A DNA stretch of 64,000 nucleotides, taken from Phoronis australis (taxonomy: Eukaryota; Animalia; Phoronida). The DNA is taken from positions 874,924-938,923 of the forward strand of contig NMRA01000102.1 of the NCBI GenBank assembly GCA_002633005.1, given 5' to 3'. The notes below the pieces were generated by a model. It was not told the DNA's origin. It was given only the letters and a program-made list of their open reading frames with translations, and made no database searches. Shown here piece by piece: positions 39,304-52,159 of this stretch. Numbering within the stretch: position 1 is the stretch's first letter; every line of letters begins with the position of its first letter. The position numbers and the translations under genes are program-made.

Positions 39304-39453
39304 GCGTTCCGTTCAGTAACGCTAGGACTTTGCTAAAAATCAAGACTTCGGGAGATTACGTGATATATTGGCGTGTAATTTAAATGAGAATCGTGACATT
39401 GTCTAGACTTTAGCTAGGTACTAGCGTAGGTCCTAGCGTTACTGAACGCACGC
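39304..39453. mobile_element. Short MITE
   Basis: TIRs GCGTTCCGTTCAGTAACGCTAGGAC / GTCCTAGCGTTACTGAACGCACGC inside a ccag...caggtta context. Confidence 0.7.
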
Positions 39454-39556
39454 CAGGTTAACTCTAATAATAGAACACATGGGTCACGTGCGGAGGTTGG
39501 GATTCCAGGGCTAGAGTTCTATGAAACAGTACAATACAATGCATATAGCGACATAC

Positions 39557-39857
39557 CTGCTGATCCGTCATCAGTAAAATCTGTGTTTTGAAGACATTCA
39601 ACCAGGTGATCCATTTTTTCTTCCTTTAGAGCTGTTAAAAATTCCTCGTAAGCTCGAGGACCTTTAGTAACAAGTATATCCAGCAACAATGTATTTTTGT
39701 CCCAAGATGTTTGTTTATAATCGATTCTTTCTGTGTCGTATTTCGAAAAAGTCCAATGTCGTCCACTTCGCAATCTCTGGCAAATTCCGTTAGTGGGAAT
39801 GTCTTCGAGCAAACAAACGCGGTTTACTGTTAACCGCCGTTTATCACGATCGTCCAT
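39557..39857 (-). CDS. CARD-domain exon
   Basis: MDDRDKRRLTVNRVCLLEDI...ERID...KNTLLLDILVTKGPRAYEEFLTALKEEKMDHLVECL is a classic CARD pattern; good ATG context (gccATGG); donor GCAG|gtatgt, phase 1. Confidence 0.9.
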
Positions 39858-42809
39858 GGCTCAGCCATGCGGTGTTTAAGTCGTCGTACACACTTCCAAA
39901 CGTACAGTAGTGGGCTTTTAACCTGAAAAGTACGGATTAAGCCTTCAAACATAAGCAAACCAATAGCTACTCCAGAAAATAGTTTGGTGTTTTTACTGAG
40001 AGTAAACCAGTTAATAGTGACAGTGTTTACACAATTTGCAACTAGGGTTCACCGGTGTATTTTTGTGTTTCTAAACCCATCGAAATAATTGTATGACACT
40101 TACTCTCCTTATCAGTAAGAGCGTAATATTACTTTGACATCACAACACAGAAATTTTTTTACGCTATGAACAAGGAGTACTACTCTACTTGCTATGAGTT
40201 ACGCAGTACTGTAGTAGTAAAATTAGAGGTACAAGTAAGTAGGTGCCCAAAGCCCACCGTATCACCTGAACGTAACTTACGGTGCGTAAGCGCTACGTTC
40301 AAATGCCAAAATTTGGTTGGCTGCGCCTACCTGCGCTTACGCCCCACTACAGCACTGGAGTTACGCGTTTTATTCTGTTCTCATGGTCAGGGTAATGGGG
40401 GTGATTTCTGATTAAGCATTGCAGTGATTTCTGGGGACGCTTTCGTTAAGTCAATATTGGGAATGTGTTCTAAACATCCACAAATATCGCAAACAGGCAC
40501 TCTCTTGTGACGAACCCATCCATGTGATCTTGCTGAATTTGCTTGCCCCATGTAAAGGCTGAGTGGAAGATGTTTAATTCAGTTCTGAATGAAAGACTGC
40601 CACCTTTTGACCATGCCTGGAAGCGGGAAGTTGAAATTTAGCAGGAAATTCGGGTATTCTTCCGACGCTTTGGATTTGGTGACATTCTGGATGGTTGACA
40701 CTTCATTTTCACCTGATTTCTGTAAAATTCAGAGCTTTGGTAATCTGAATGCACTCTCTCTCTCAGTTTGTATTAAATGCATGCAAACCACGGCTTTGAG
40801 GTGAAAATTGCGGACACGTTATACTCGTGTTCGTTTTTCCAAGTAGCCGGCTGCATTTACGGTAGTCGGAAAGGGGAAAGTTACTTTAGAATCACTTTCA
40901 ATAGATTTTGTGCATGGTTTTTGAACTTTTTGGCCCGGTATACAGTTCAAACTTTTAGGTTATGCATATCCTGAACAACAGACTGTTGGAATCGACAAGA
41001 CCAGGTTTTTCAAGCCCAAAATCAGCAAAAACTGCACAGTGCCACCTTTACCGGAAATCTTCGATATATCCTTATGCGGGACTGTTGTAGCTTTAGTCAA
41101 ATGCATAGTGGGACGGTTCAGTGTCGGCTCAAAAACATCTATCCATCTGCCATGGTTCAGCCAGCCTATAATTTACTGCAGCCTCTCATACTACCTCACT
41201 ACCTCATGATACGACGACACAGGATGCACATTCTTGCTGTTTAAATTCGAGGGGAATAATGTTCTCAAAATAAACTTCAAATCTCAACCCCGTCGCTTTG
41301 GTGTATGTGAGCTGAAATTAGAGCAAGAGAGTTCTCAAACAAAAACTTGGAAAATTTTTTACTAGCGAATCAAGGTGTTGTGGAGTGTACTACATGTTCC
41401 TATGACATATTTAACTACTGAGGCAGGTGTTTATGGGCTTCTTATAGCGGTTGGGGCACTCCTTATGACTCGTTTTGTTACAATTTTGTAATGGTTCAGG
41501 TTAATCTTTTGCTGCTACATTTTCTGATGTCAAAGCAGGCGGTTTTTGGTTTTTGTTTGCGAAAAAAACATGATGAAGTGTTTTGACCACGTTTCTCAGT
41601 TAAAATACGCACAGAACAAATACTGCCCGATCGATCAGAACTTCCATTGTTTAGAATGGGAACATCATGGCTGGGGACGTTACGTGAAACCAAGGAAGCC
41701 AACCTCTGGATATCCTGGGGAATTTTAGGTATTGACAATGATAGATTAATTTGTCATAAATTCAATGACCTTTGTTTGATTTTATTTGCACAAGAGTATT
41801 AAAGATTTTCGAAGGGGTGACTTAAGGTTCACTGCATTGTTCCCGTAGACTTACTATCAAGTTGAGAACATTTCCCTTGAACTTTGTTCTGTTTACTGGA
41901 AACTAAATATTATCAATTACGACCGATGGTCGAGGTACTTGTACAAGTCTGTTCATTATCTCAATTGATGGTTCTCGCAATTACCTTTCAAAAATCTGGG
42001 CCCCTTTATTAGTTTGGGCTCCTACGATTTGAAAACTATTGGCCCGGTTCGCGATCATACACGTTTAGTTCAGGTATATGCCTGGCCTAGATCTACTTTA
42101 AATCCGTTCATTTAAGCGAAAATAAAAGATCTATAGGGCCCTATGAATGGGTTAGACCCAGAAAACTTACCAGAAACACAAATATGCCGAAGCCAGTGCT
42201 GCACTATAGATCACGTTCTAACAGGTAAACCATTGACTACCTTTCTCCCGGTATCGTGTCCAATAATGCATCCTGTCCAATAATGCATCCAGAGGTGGTT
42301 TGCGTGGTCTGCGCATGCGCTAGCTTTTCGGCTTCCGGTTTTTGCGCAATAGTGCATCCAAGCAGTCCGCTGGTTATTCGACTTGTTATAAAAGCATCAT
42401 TTGTGCCGCTTATGTTGTTTATTTTGGAAAAAAGAGATAAAGGGAAATGTCACTGATGTGTGTGAGTATCTTTCAAAGAGTGTTGAGCTTGAATTATTTC
42501 TAAATGTACAAATGTAGGAGATTTTGTTGGCTGGCACTGGCAGGGAAGCCTGTGTGAGCTCGTCCTCGGGTTCTGATCGTCTCTAAAAGGCTCTAATACA
42601 CTACTATAATGCAAGGTATGACATTTGGGACTACGAATTCCACTGGTACTTCACTTCAGCCGTCAGTTGAGACCCTGACCACCGTCGTGTACCTCCTGAG
42701 AGTTATAGGACAGAATTTTGGCAAACTATGCCTCACACTGACTAAAGGCAAAGCATCAAAGTGACGTTGTTGTAAATACCTTTCCAGGTTTTTGGGCATA
42801 GTGGGACAC

Positions 42810-43280
42810 CTTGGCCACTTTCGGGTGCTTTATCAGGTGGGTGGACGCAATATTGTGCAATAACACACCTGTCTTCCACAGCCACTTCTGGCTGCTTTAT
42901 TCGATAGGTGGATGCAGTATTGTGCAATAACACACCTGTCCAATAATGCATCCACAGCCTCTGCTTACAGCTTTATAGATGGATGCACTATTGTGCAACA
43001 GCACCTCTGTCCAATAATGCATCCAGAGCCACTTCTGGCTGCTTTATCCAATAGATGGACGCACTATTGTGCAACAACACCTCTGTCCAATAATGCATCC
43101 ACAACCACTTCTGACTGCTTTATCCGATAGATGGATGCACTATTGTGCAATAACACTTCTGTCCAATAATGCATCCACAGCCACTTCCGGCTACTTGATC
43201 AGATGGACGGATGCACTTTTGTGCAATAACACCTCTGTCCAATAATGCATCCACAGTCATTTCTGACTGCTTTATCGAAT
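42810..43280 (+). repeat. 76-bp tandem subterminal repeats, left arm (~6 units)
   Basis: GTCCAATAATGCATCC recurs at 43009, 43085, 43161, 43237. Confidence 0.9.
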
Positions 43281-44218
43281 GATAAGTGATAATAGATAAT
43301 GAGCACAACAATTCAGTGCTAACTTTGATAGTAATATTGAAATTCAGGGTGAACAAATTTCATCTGAAAAAAGGATGAGAGATGATATGTCTAACTGTAG
43401 TTCAACTTTAATTTAATCATTTTATTTTCAGATGGCAGAGACCTCAAGTGCAATGCATAAAACATATCGTAGATGTAGACACTGGGTGCTGTGGTGTTGA
43501 CGGGGTTGGTACTGTAAATGCCAAGTGTCCAACTAAGTGCATGGTAAACGTAAGTCATTCAAGATGGACAAACATGAGTTATGATCTAACTGAACAGTTA
43601 AGAGAAATAAATGATAATAGGCCTAATTCATGGGATCATGTAACACTAACGAACACAATATTTCATTGCTAAATTTGATAGTAAAGTTCAGGGCAAACAA
43701 ATTTCATCTGGAAAAAGGATGAGGGTTGATATGTCTAATTGTAGTTAAAGTTCAATTTAAACATTTTATTTTCAGGTGGCAGAGACCTCAAGTGCAAACC
43801 ATAAAAGACATCGTAGATGTAGACACTGACTGCCGTGCTGCTGATGGGGTTGGTAAATGCCAGTTGTACAACTATGTGCATGGTAAACATAGGTCATTCA
43901 AGGTGGACAAACATGAGATAGGATCTAACTGAACAGATACGAAACTCAATAATGCATCCACGACAGTACCAATATTGCTCAAATTTCTTCTGAAATGGTT
44001 CTGAGACTTATCTGAAAATTATAGTTCAGCTTCAGTTTAAACAATTTCTGTAAATAAGTAAAAAAATAACGGCATTTGTCTTATATGTTAATGAATTAAT
44101 ATATTTACACATTGATTAATACTGTTTTGTTGTCTTTCCTTGCAGTCCTGGCATCACAGAAAGATAAGCTGAATTGCAGACTTCGTGAGCGACAACAAGA
44201 ACAATATGCATTGTCAGT

Positions 44219-44745
44219 CATGTTTGGCCTGAGTTATGCTAGTATTTTGGCTCTCATAGTCAGCCAAGTTTAAAGACAATTGTTTTTGTCTTCTAGATTT
44301 CGTGAGACACTATGAATATGTTGTGTACCAAATTTCATGGTTGTGCTCTTGATATTGTAGATTATGGAAGCGATTTTGCTTTGAGAATGGTCGAGAATTT
44401 CATGTTTGGCCTGAGTTATGTTAGCTTTTTGGCTCTCATAGTCAGCCAAGTTTAAAGACAATTGTTTTTGTCTTCTAGGCTTTCATTAGACACTATAAAT
44501 ATGTTGCGTGCCAAATTTCATAGTAATGCTCTTGATATTGTAGATTTTGGAAGCGATTTTGATTTGATAATGGGCGAGAACTTCATATTTAGCCTGAGTC
44601 ATGTTAGCTTTTTGGCTCTCATTGTCAGCCAAGTTTAAAGACAATTTTTGTTGTCTTCTAAATTTTCATTAGACACTATAGATATGTTGTGTGCTTAATT
44701 TCACGATTGTGCTCTTGATATTGTGTATGCTCTCATAGTCAGTTA
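44219..44745 (+). repeat. ~182-bp tandem repeat, about 3 units
   Basis: catgtttggcctgagttatg...ctctcatagtcagccaagtttaaagacaatt recurs at ~44219, 44401, 44584. Confidence 0.85.
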
Positions 44746-46424
44746 AGATATGGCTTATCCAGACAGTGTAAACTTAAATACGAATATTACATGCTCTGAC
44801 AGTCACCAGACTTTTTAATTGGACTACTCAGTTAACTTCAATGAGCCAATTGCAAAACAGACAGGGAAAGCAATACCACGTGGCAAATAAGATCGGGTGT
44901 GAAATTGGGGGCGCAGCTTAATTTGGCTGCTAAAACCTATTGATCTTCCGTTGATACAGCGTTGCTATTTTGTGCCGCTCCACTGACAAAAGGAATTTCC
45001 AAGTCATCAAAGGCGTTGCACCCACAGCAGATCTTCACAGAAGTTAGCAGTATTTTTGATAAATGATAGTCAACTAAAGCCGCTGAAAACTTTGTCCGCA
45101 TCCCTTGTAAGATATTGCACAGAGTTGCTTGTACTTTACAGTGCCATCGAAATCTTGAGAAAGACGAAATTGAAAGTACGATAATTGCGCCAGGTAAAAT
45201 CTGTAGAACGCAAGTATCACTGTAAAATAACTTAACATTACTTGAGTTGGCTTTTTGCGGGATACTTGCCCCAGGCAGTTGTAGCTTTTGGGAAATAGGT
45301 GTTCATTTTCTGCAAACCAGGACGTCTGAAAAATAACAACTGGTTCCAAAAATTGTATATTTAGTAGGAATTTAACAGTGTTTAATACAACTTCACCTTA
45401 GTACAACTTTCGGGTTTGCAACTTTATCTTAGTAGTCAACGAAACAACATTTTAGGTTCCAATGTTGAAATCCGAAAATTTCTTGATATTGGAGACTTAT
45501 GAAATGTAAGCAATCGTGTTGCTGTGTTCACGAAAACGCTTCTTCTGTCTTGTACAGGGACCTTAAAATGATAACATAGTAACGGTATTCACTTTGAGAA
45601 GAAATGTAGCTAATTCATAACTGCTGCTCAAGTCATTCATTGCAAGAAATGAAACTTTGATTCCTAAAATCTCCAAGTCGGATTATTTCTGGTTGGCATT
45701 GTTCAGTTTCGTATCCGTGATTGCAATTTCGTGTCAAGGCAATTAGTCGCATCTAAGTCTTTTCAAGAACTTACAGTAAAGCCTAACGTCGTAAATTATA
45801 TTGGTTCTGGTCTGCGCTCTTTGCATGACTTAAAGATACGCCAGAAATTTTGAAAAAATGGTTGTGGTCCACGCCCGCATCATTTTGAACCTTGCGCTTC
45901 TCTATTAATGCAAACTAGTGAAACCTGCATCGCCGCACTCTATTTTAGCATATAACCGGCGAATTTTTCAGTGTTTTCTTATCGATGTTCATACAGGAAC
46001 AAGAAAAAGTGCACGCCCGCATCAGTAACAAAGCTGACGATTTTTTTAACACAAACGCATCCACGCACAATGACTTGCCAACACGTAAGGTTAACGATTA
46101 AGAAAGGCCTTTGTTGAAAATCTCATACATCTTGTTTTTGAAAAAAATTAACCAAAAAGAAAATCGCACCCCATCACTTTTCAACTACAGCTACAGATTT
46201 ACACATTAAGAGGAATGAGGAATATACATATGTATTGCTTCACAAATTTCAATAAACTTTAAGACATTTGGTTTTTGCCATATTTCACGGGCGTCTTGGC
46301 ATCGTAATGCAATTAATGAGATCAGTTAAAGTGAAGACAAAATGCTCAAATCAGTGAACAGTTCTTTGGGAATATGTATTGGCCCTTAAAAGGGCCTTAG
46401 GGTTTCGTTCACGCCATATTTATA

Positions 46425-46720
46425 GCATGCACGATGGCGCACTTTAATGACCGATACAATCGAAGACCTTGATCATTCAGATGCACTTGGTCACGATGAG
46501 CTTGCGATTGTTCCGAAATCGCCGATGAAACCAAAACATTATATTGGGAGAATGTTCGAATGTCTCTCGCAGCAGAGTATTCAATTAATCTGCTTTCTTG
46601 TCGTGTCTTGCCAGGTTTTACCTGTACAGGACAGAGGACACAAGAATGGTAAACACTTGATTACACTTGCTGCAAATGCACTTGCTGTAGGTCGCAACTG
46701 CTAATCACGCAACTGAGCCG
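46425..46720 (-). pseudogene. Decayed SGNH-hydrolase-like ORF remnant (Ngaro/DIRS- or LINE-ORF1-type)
   Basis: Minus strand FWFHRRF, frameshift, then RDQVHLNDQGLRLYRSLKCAIVHA, resembling the DGVHLN..G motif. Confidence 0.45.
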
Positions 46721-47919
46721 ACTTTATATATGAACTTGAAAAGATCCTCAGGCCCAGTCTGGGCTAGTGACTAAATGAAAAAAATAAAAAGCAGTGACTT
46801 ACATCATTTTACAACTGGACGTTCCCGCTATGTCCCTGGCTAAGATACGAAAATTGTATTATGACAAAAACATTTCTTTGTGGTAACGCTGCCAACAGGA
46901 ACCTCGAAATCTTGAGTGGCGATCTTGTTTCAGAGTGAATCCTAACACACCTTATTCGAAAATGTTTGTACGTTACTCAAACCTCTATGAAATAGGAATA
47001 CATGGGATTAAACCAACCAATTTTATATTAGTTTTTAGCCAGCTAAAGAGGTTATGCTGACTGAAAATCTTCTGTCACCGCCATCCATTCTTTTATTCTT
47101 GCTAGTTTGATGATAGCCTTTCCCAATTAGGAAAATCGAAAACTTTGTATGAAAAGTGCTATAAAGATAAGATAAACTTTATTATGCTCCTTTCAAACGA
47201 ATAAGTGAAGTGCTAAGAAGGTATTTTACATACAGGTAGTTGATGCCTGCATTAAGCGCAGAGTCAAGATAGGTAGGGTATAAGTATCCAATTTGACAAT
47301 TTTGTTTTGATGTCTTCGTTACTAGCAAATCGTCATCAAAATGGTATGTGTTGTTAATAAAATCAGACAAAGACGATTTCGGATGACCAATTCATAATTT
47401 ATTAGTACAACCTATGTTGTATCAAGAGACTGCAACACTGTTCGTAATTGTTCAGTTAGATCCTAATTCATGTTTGTCCATCTTGAATGACCTATGTTTA
47501 CCATGCACATAGTTGTACACTTGCCATTTACCAACCCCGTCAGCACCACAACACCCAGTGTCTCCGTCTACGATGTCGTGTATGCATTGCACCTGAGGTC
47601 TCTGCCGTCTGAAAATAAAATGTTTAAATTAAAGTTGAACTACAGCTAGACATATCAACTCTCACACCTTTTTTCATATAAAAATTTGTTCACCCTGAAC
47701 TTCAATATTACTATCAAAGTTAGAACTGAACAAGGTAGAACTGAACTGTTGTGTTCATTACCCATTATCATTTATTATAAGTAGTAAACTAGGTGATTGG
47801 AGGCAAAAAACTATCAAGAAATCAAAACTGTGTTTGTTGGACGCTCAACATCATTTTACAAACAGGTGAAGCCTGTGTTGTGTAAAATGAAAGTCAATAA
47901 TAATGGAAGAGTTTTGGGT

Positions 47920-48670
47920 AGGTGCATCCGTCCAATTCTATAGGACAGGTTTGTTATTGCACAATAGTGCATCCGTCCATTTGATAAGCCGGTAGTGGCT
48001 GTGGATGCATTATTAGACAGAGGTGTTGTTGAACAATAGTGCACCCATCTATCGGATAAAGCAGTCAGAAATGGCTGTGGATGTATTATTGGACAGAGGT
48101 GTTGTTGAACAATAGTGCATCCGTCCATCCAATAAAGCAGCCGGAAGTGGCTGTGGATGCATTATTGGACAGAGGTGTTGTTGCACAACGGTGCATCCGT
48201 CCATCCGATAAAGCAGCCGGGAGTGGCTGTGGATGCATTATTGGACAGAGGTGTTATTGCACAATAGTGCATCCATCTATCGGATAAAGCAGTCAGAAGT
48301 GGCTGTGGATGCCTTATTGGACAGTGGTCTTGTTGCACAATAGTGCATCCATCTATCGCATCAAGCAGCCGGAAGTGGCTGTGGATGCATTATTGGACAG
48401 AGGTGTTGTTGCACAATAGTGCATCCATCTATCGGATAAAGCAGCCAGAAGTGGCTGTGGATGCATTACTGGACAGAGGTGTTATTGCACAATAGTGCAT
48501 CCGTACATCTGATAAAGCGGTCAGAAGAGGCTGTGGATGCATTATTGGACAGCAGTGTTATTGCACAATACTGCATCCACCTATCGAATAAAGCAGTCAG
48601 AAGTGGCTGTTGAAGACAGGTGTGTTATTGCACAATATTGTGTCCACCCACCTGATAAAGCACCCGAAAG
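47920..48670 (-). repeat. 76-bp tandem subterminal repeats, right arm (~10 units)
   Basis: GGATGCATTATTGGACAGAGGTGTT repeated; reverse complement of the left-arm unit. Confidence 0.9.
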
Positions 48671-50527
48671 TGGCTAAGGTGTCCCACTATGCCCAAAAAC
48701 CTGGAAAGGTATTTACAACAACGTCACTTTGATGCTTTGCCTTTAGTTTGTGTTAGGCATAGTTTGCCAAAATTCTGTCCTATAACTCTCAGGAGGTACA
48801 CCGTCTCTTGTCAGCAAGAGACGGTGGTCAGGGTCTCAGCTGACGGCTGAAGTGAAGTACCAGTGGAATTCCTAGTCCCAAATGTCATACTTTGCAGTAT
48901 ATAGTGTATTAGAGCCTTTTAGAGACGATCAGAACCCGAGGACGAGCTCACACAGGCTTCCCTGCCAGTGCCAGCCAACAAAATCTCCTACATTTGTACA
49001 TTTAGAAATAATTCAAGCTCAACACTCTTTGAAAGATACTCACACACATCAGTGACATTTCCCTTTATCTCTTTTTTCCAAAATAAACAACATATGCACA
49101 AATTTATAATAAGTCGAATAACCAGCGGACTGCTTGGATGCACTATTGCGCAAAAACCGGAAGCCGAAAAGCTAGCGCATGCGCAAACCATGCAAACCAC
49201 CTCTGGATGCATTATTGGACAGGATGCATTATTGGACACGACACCGGTCATCTCCACATACTTATTCTCGGAAAATTCATTCGACTGATTGTTTTGGCTG
49301 AACGAAGGTTTTTCGAAGAAATCGATGTTTGTACTGTCTCTGTCTCATAAGCGCTGCCTGACCCAGTTGACCTAATTAAAGGTAACGCTAACCATAGAAC
49401 ACTTGGCTAACATAGCATTCATTGCATTTGGTGCATTGAACAAAGTAAACATAGGATAAAACCGACACAAATCTAAAGACTGTCTGGACTCAAACCAAGT
49501 TCTCTGGCATTTTCTACACTCCAGGCTTAAGGGTAGCTGTAAGTACAAGCATGATTTAAAATAACAAACCAGTTTTTTAATCTAATGCTATTTCATAAAC
49601 CCAACCCTGTTTAGAATAAAAATAAAAATTAATTATTAAATTTGCAATTTCAATTTTAGAAATTTAACCGCATTTTATGAATTCGATCCCGTTTCATGAA
49701 TTAAATCCTTTTTTTATGAATTAAGTCCTATTTAGATACTTCAGCTCATCTTGTTTAAATCAAATCAGTCCTTACATCCTGCTATGTGTTGATTTTAATT
49801 TTGTATCGTTTTCTCCGACTTTTTTGTTTATCTGAGGCGGACCTTTTTGCCCATTTCGCCAAACGGAGGGGGGCTCATTCGAGCTCCCAAGCCCCCCCGG
49901 GTGCACACATGATACATGTCGGTAAAACAACAAAATCTATTGCATCTTTTGTCAGAGTAATCTTATTACCAAATTGTCATTTCTTGCCGTCGGTGTCGTC
50001 ACGAGGGGGGGCTTGAATAAAAAGCAACCCTCAAACGTAACACAAGATTCAGAAATTGTGAACCTGTATGCAGCCAATCAGTATTTTTTGTAACTCAATT
50101 TTGACTTCACCAGCTTTTTTTCTTCAAGATGACAGTATCTTTAACTTAAACTGTGAATACGCAAATGAAGTACCAATTTCAAAACAACCCCAGGTCCTCC
50201 AGTGTGCCAGAAACCACCCGAACGGTCTCGAGAACGAAACTGAACTCTTGTTTTGCCACACTATTTATGTGTAAGTTAGTACGGTAATATTTCATTGTTA
50301 CCATAATGAAACAAGGCACAGTTTATAATATTTTGTGTCAATCTCAAATAAAGATCGTGTAATATTTGGAATTACAAGGGTTTTCAAGTGTTACACTTGT
50401 TTTTGCACTTAAACGGGTATCACATGTAATGCTTTCTTTAAAATCGCAATTTTTACAATTTTTCCTGATTATACTTGTACACACATTTCTCCAGAGAGTC
50501 ATTAGAAGGCAATTGCTGTAAATTTAA

Positions 50528-52159
50528 AGGCGAATGCCACCCGATTTAATTGGTCTTTTTGCCGTCTTAATCGGTCTATTTCCACATCGCCTCGCATACG
50601 GTCGACCTTACCTTGCCAAGAGGTGTCGCGTTAACCTGTGAGGAAGGTGAGAAACGACGCTAGCGACGTCAGTGGTTCATATGCAGAGTGAATGCCGCTA
50701 TGTTGCAGTGTATCGTTCCCGCTTGTCCGAACTAAGCAGTCCGAAATGCTTAGGAAGTGGCTCATGGTAGGGAAGAATGAAATGTACGCTGTAAATAGCA
50801 AGTATGAGGCCGTGAAACATCTCCGTGTCTGTGGCCTGAAGACGACGTCGACGGTGCCTCACGAATGCCCGGCTTACCAAATAACTCCATACGTTCCGTT
50901 GTCTGATCTTGTTCACGGCGCCTCTCTAGTATTTCTTCATCACTGTATTCCTGTTCGAATTGATAGCCTGTAAAACTTAACGATCCACCTTCGAAGTCGG
51001 GACTGATGAGCCGCTCTAGCGATCGTCCTAAGTCGGGATTACGAGTTGCCATGTTTGGCTTTTATTACTGATCGTTCTTTTTCCCTAAGCAATACTTAAA
51101 TAAAACTGAAACAAAGTATGTCTCATTAGATGCAATTTGTAATGCCTCTGGAGTGTTCGTGAGTGCACGACATGATTTGAGAAGCCAGCAATGAATAAAT
51201 CACTGCGTTACCGGCTTTAGGAGCTATAAAACTAACGGGACACCGAGGCCGTGTGAGCTCATGCTCAATTTAGTGTTTGCTGGCAGAAACTGTTGTGAAA
51301 TACCTCGATTTCCATCCCACGGCCAGGTGTTAGGGGAATCTTTATTTACATTTACATTAATCAAATAATGATTGTCAATGTACAACTTCTGACCTGACGG
51401 TATTGTGGCCAAAGTGGAACGAATTCGCGGCCCCCGACGAGTAAGTAGATTTGCAGTTTCGTGGTTAATTCACCAACATAATCACGTGCACATTACCTTG
51501 GCGCACTAGTATAGTACTTTCTTGACTGGAAGTTTAGTTTCAACTGAACTTTGGCTGGTTTGTTCGTGATGTCTGATCAGTTTCCGAGCCACTGGTCAGG
51601 ATAACGAGTCAATGCGGCCGCCGTGGCCGCGACGGGCCTGATCGGGCTCCGATCAGAGCCACTGGCCAGGATAACAAGCGTTTTGTGTTTAGACTTCAGA
51701 AAATCACAAGTCTAAACAACACAGATCTAGGTTCTCCTCTCTATATCTCACGGAAAATACTTCGAAATTATCTCCGAACACACTCCCAAACTCCTGCTAC
51801 GGACCTTATTGGCCTGCCGAACTTTGTAGGCTACGGTGTTTCCAAATACCAATAAATCCGTAACAGTGAAATAAAACAACACGTTTTTGTAAGAACTCGG
51901 TGTATTTTTAAGGGTTTTACTTCGAAGTTTGATGATTTATTGGTGTTAAACGGTGACTCCAAGCGATAAGCTGACACCAGGAACCCGTGTTGTGAACTGC
52001 TGAACAGAATGCGTGTGAAACCGATGACGTAATTGGATAATTTCAACACCTCCGTCTGCCGTCAGGTGTCAGGTAACGCAACCGCACGTGTGGTTATGGA
52101 GTAGAACTACTCGATCTAAAATGATACAAATTAGGTTGTTTTTTGGGTGGCATGCTCCT
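50528..52159. mobile_element. Non-autonomous Kolobok-type element, copy 1
   Basis: TTAA|AGGCGAATGCCACCC ... GGGTGGCATGCTCCT|TCAA; internal minus-strand KolX-like remnant GYQFEQEYSDEE (50762-51052). Confidence 0.8.

Larger units (their letters stand above)
42248..49247. mobile_element. 7-kb foldback-type DNA element with ~1.7-kb inverted arms
   Basis: Termini CCGGT(A/G)TCGTGTCCAATAATGCATCC... and ...GGATGCATTATTGGACACGACACCGG; arms ~42248-43930 and ~47450-49247; TC on both flanks (possible 2-bp TSD); no intact transposase. Confidence 0.85.

Noticed and set aside
40450-41740. Further exons upstream of the CARD exon
   Set aside because: Minus-strand frames are interrupted by stops and show no identifiable domain.
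42810-48670. 76-bp repeats as a CRISPR array
   Set aside because: Units are contiguous homologous repeats with no unique spacers, no cas genes, eukaryotic context, and they are mirrored in transposon arms.
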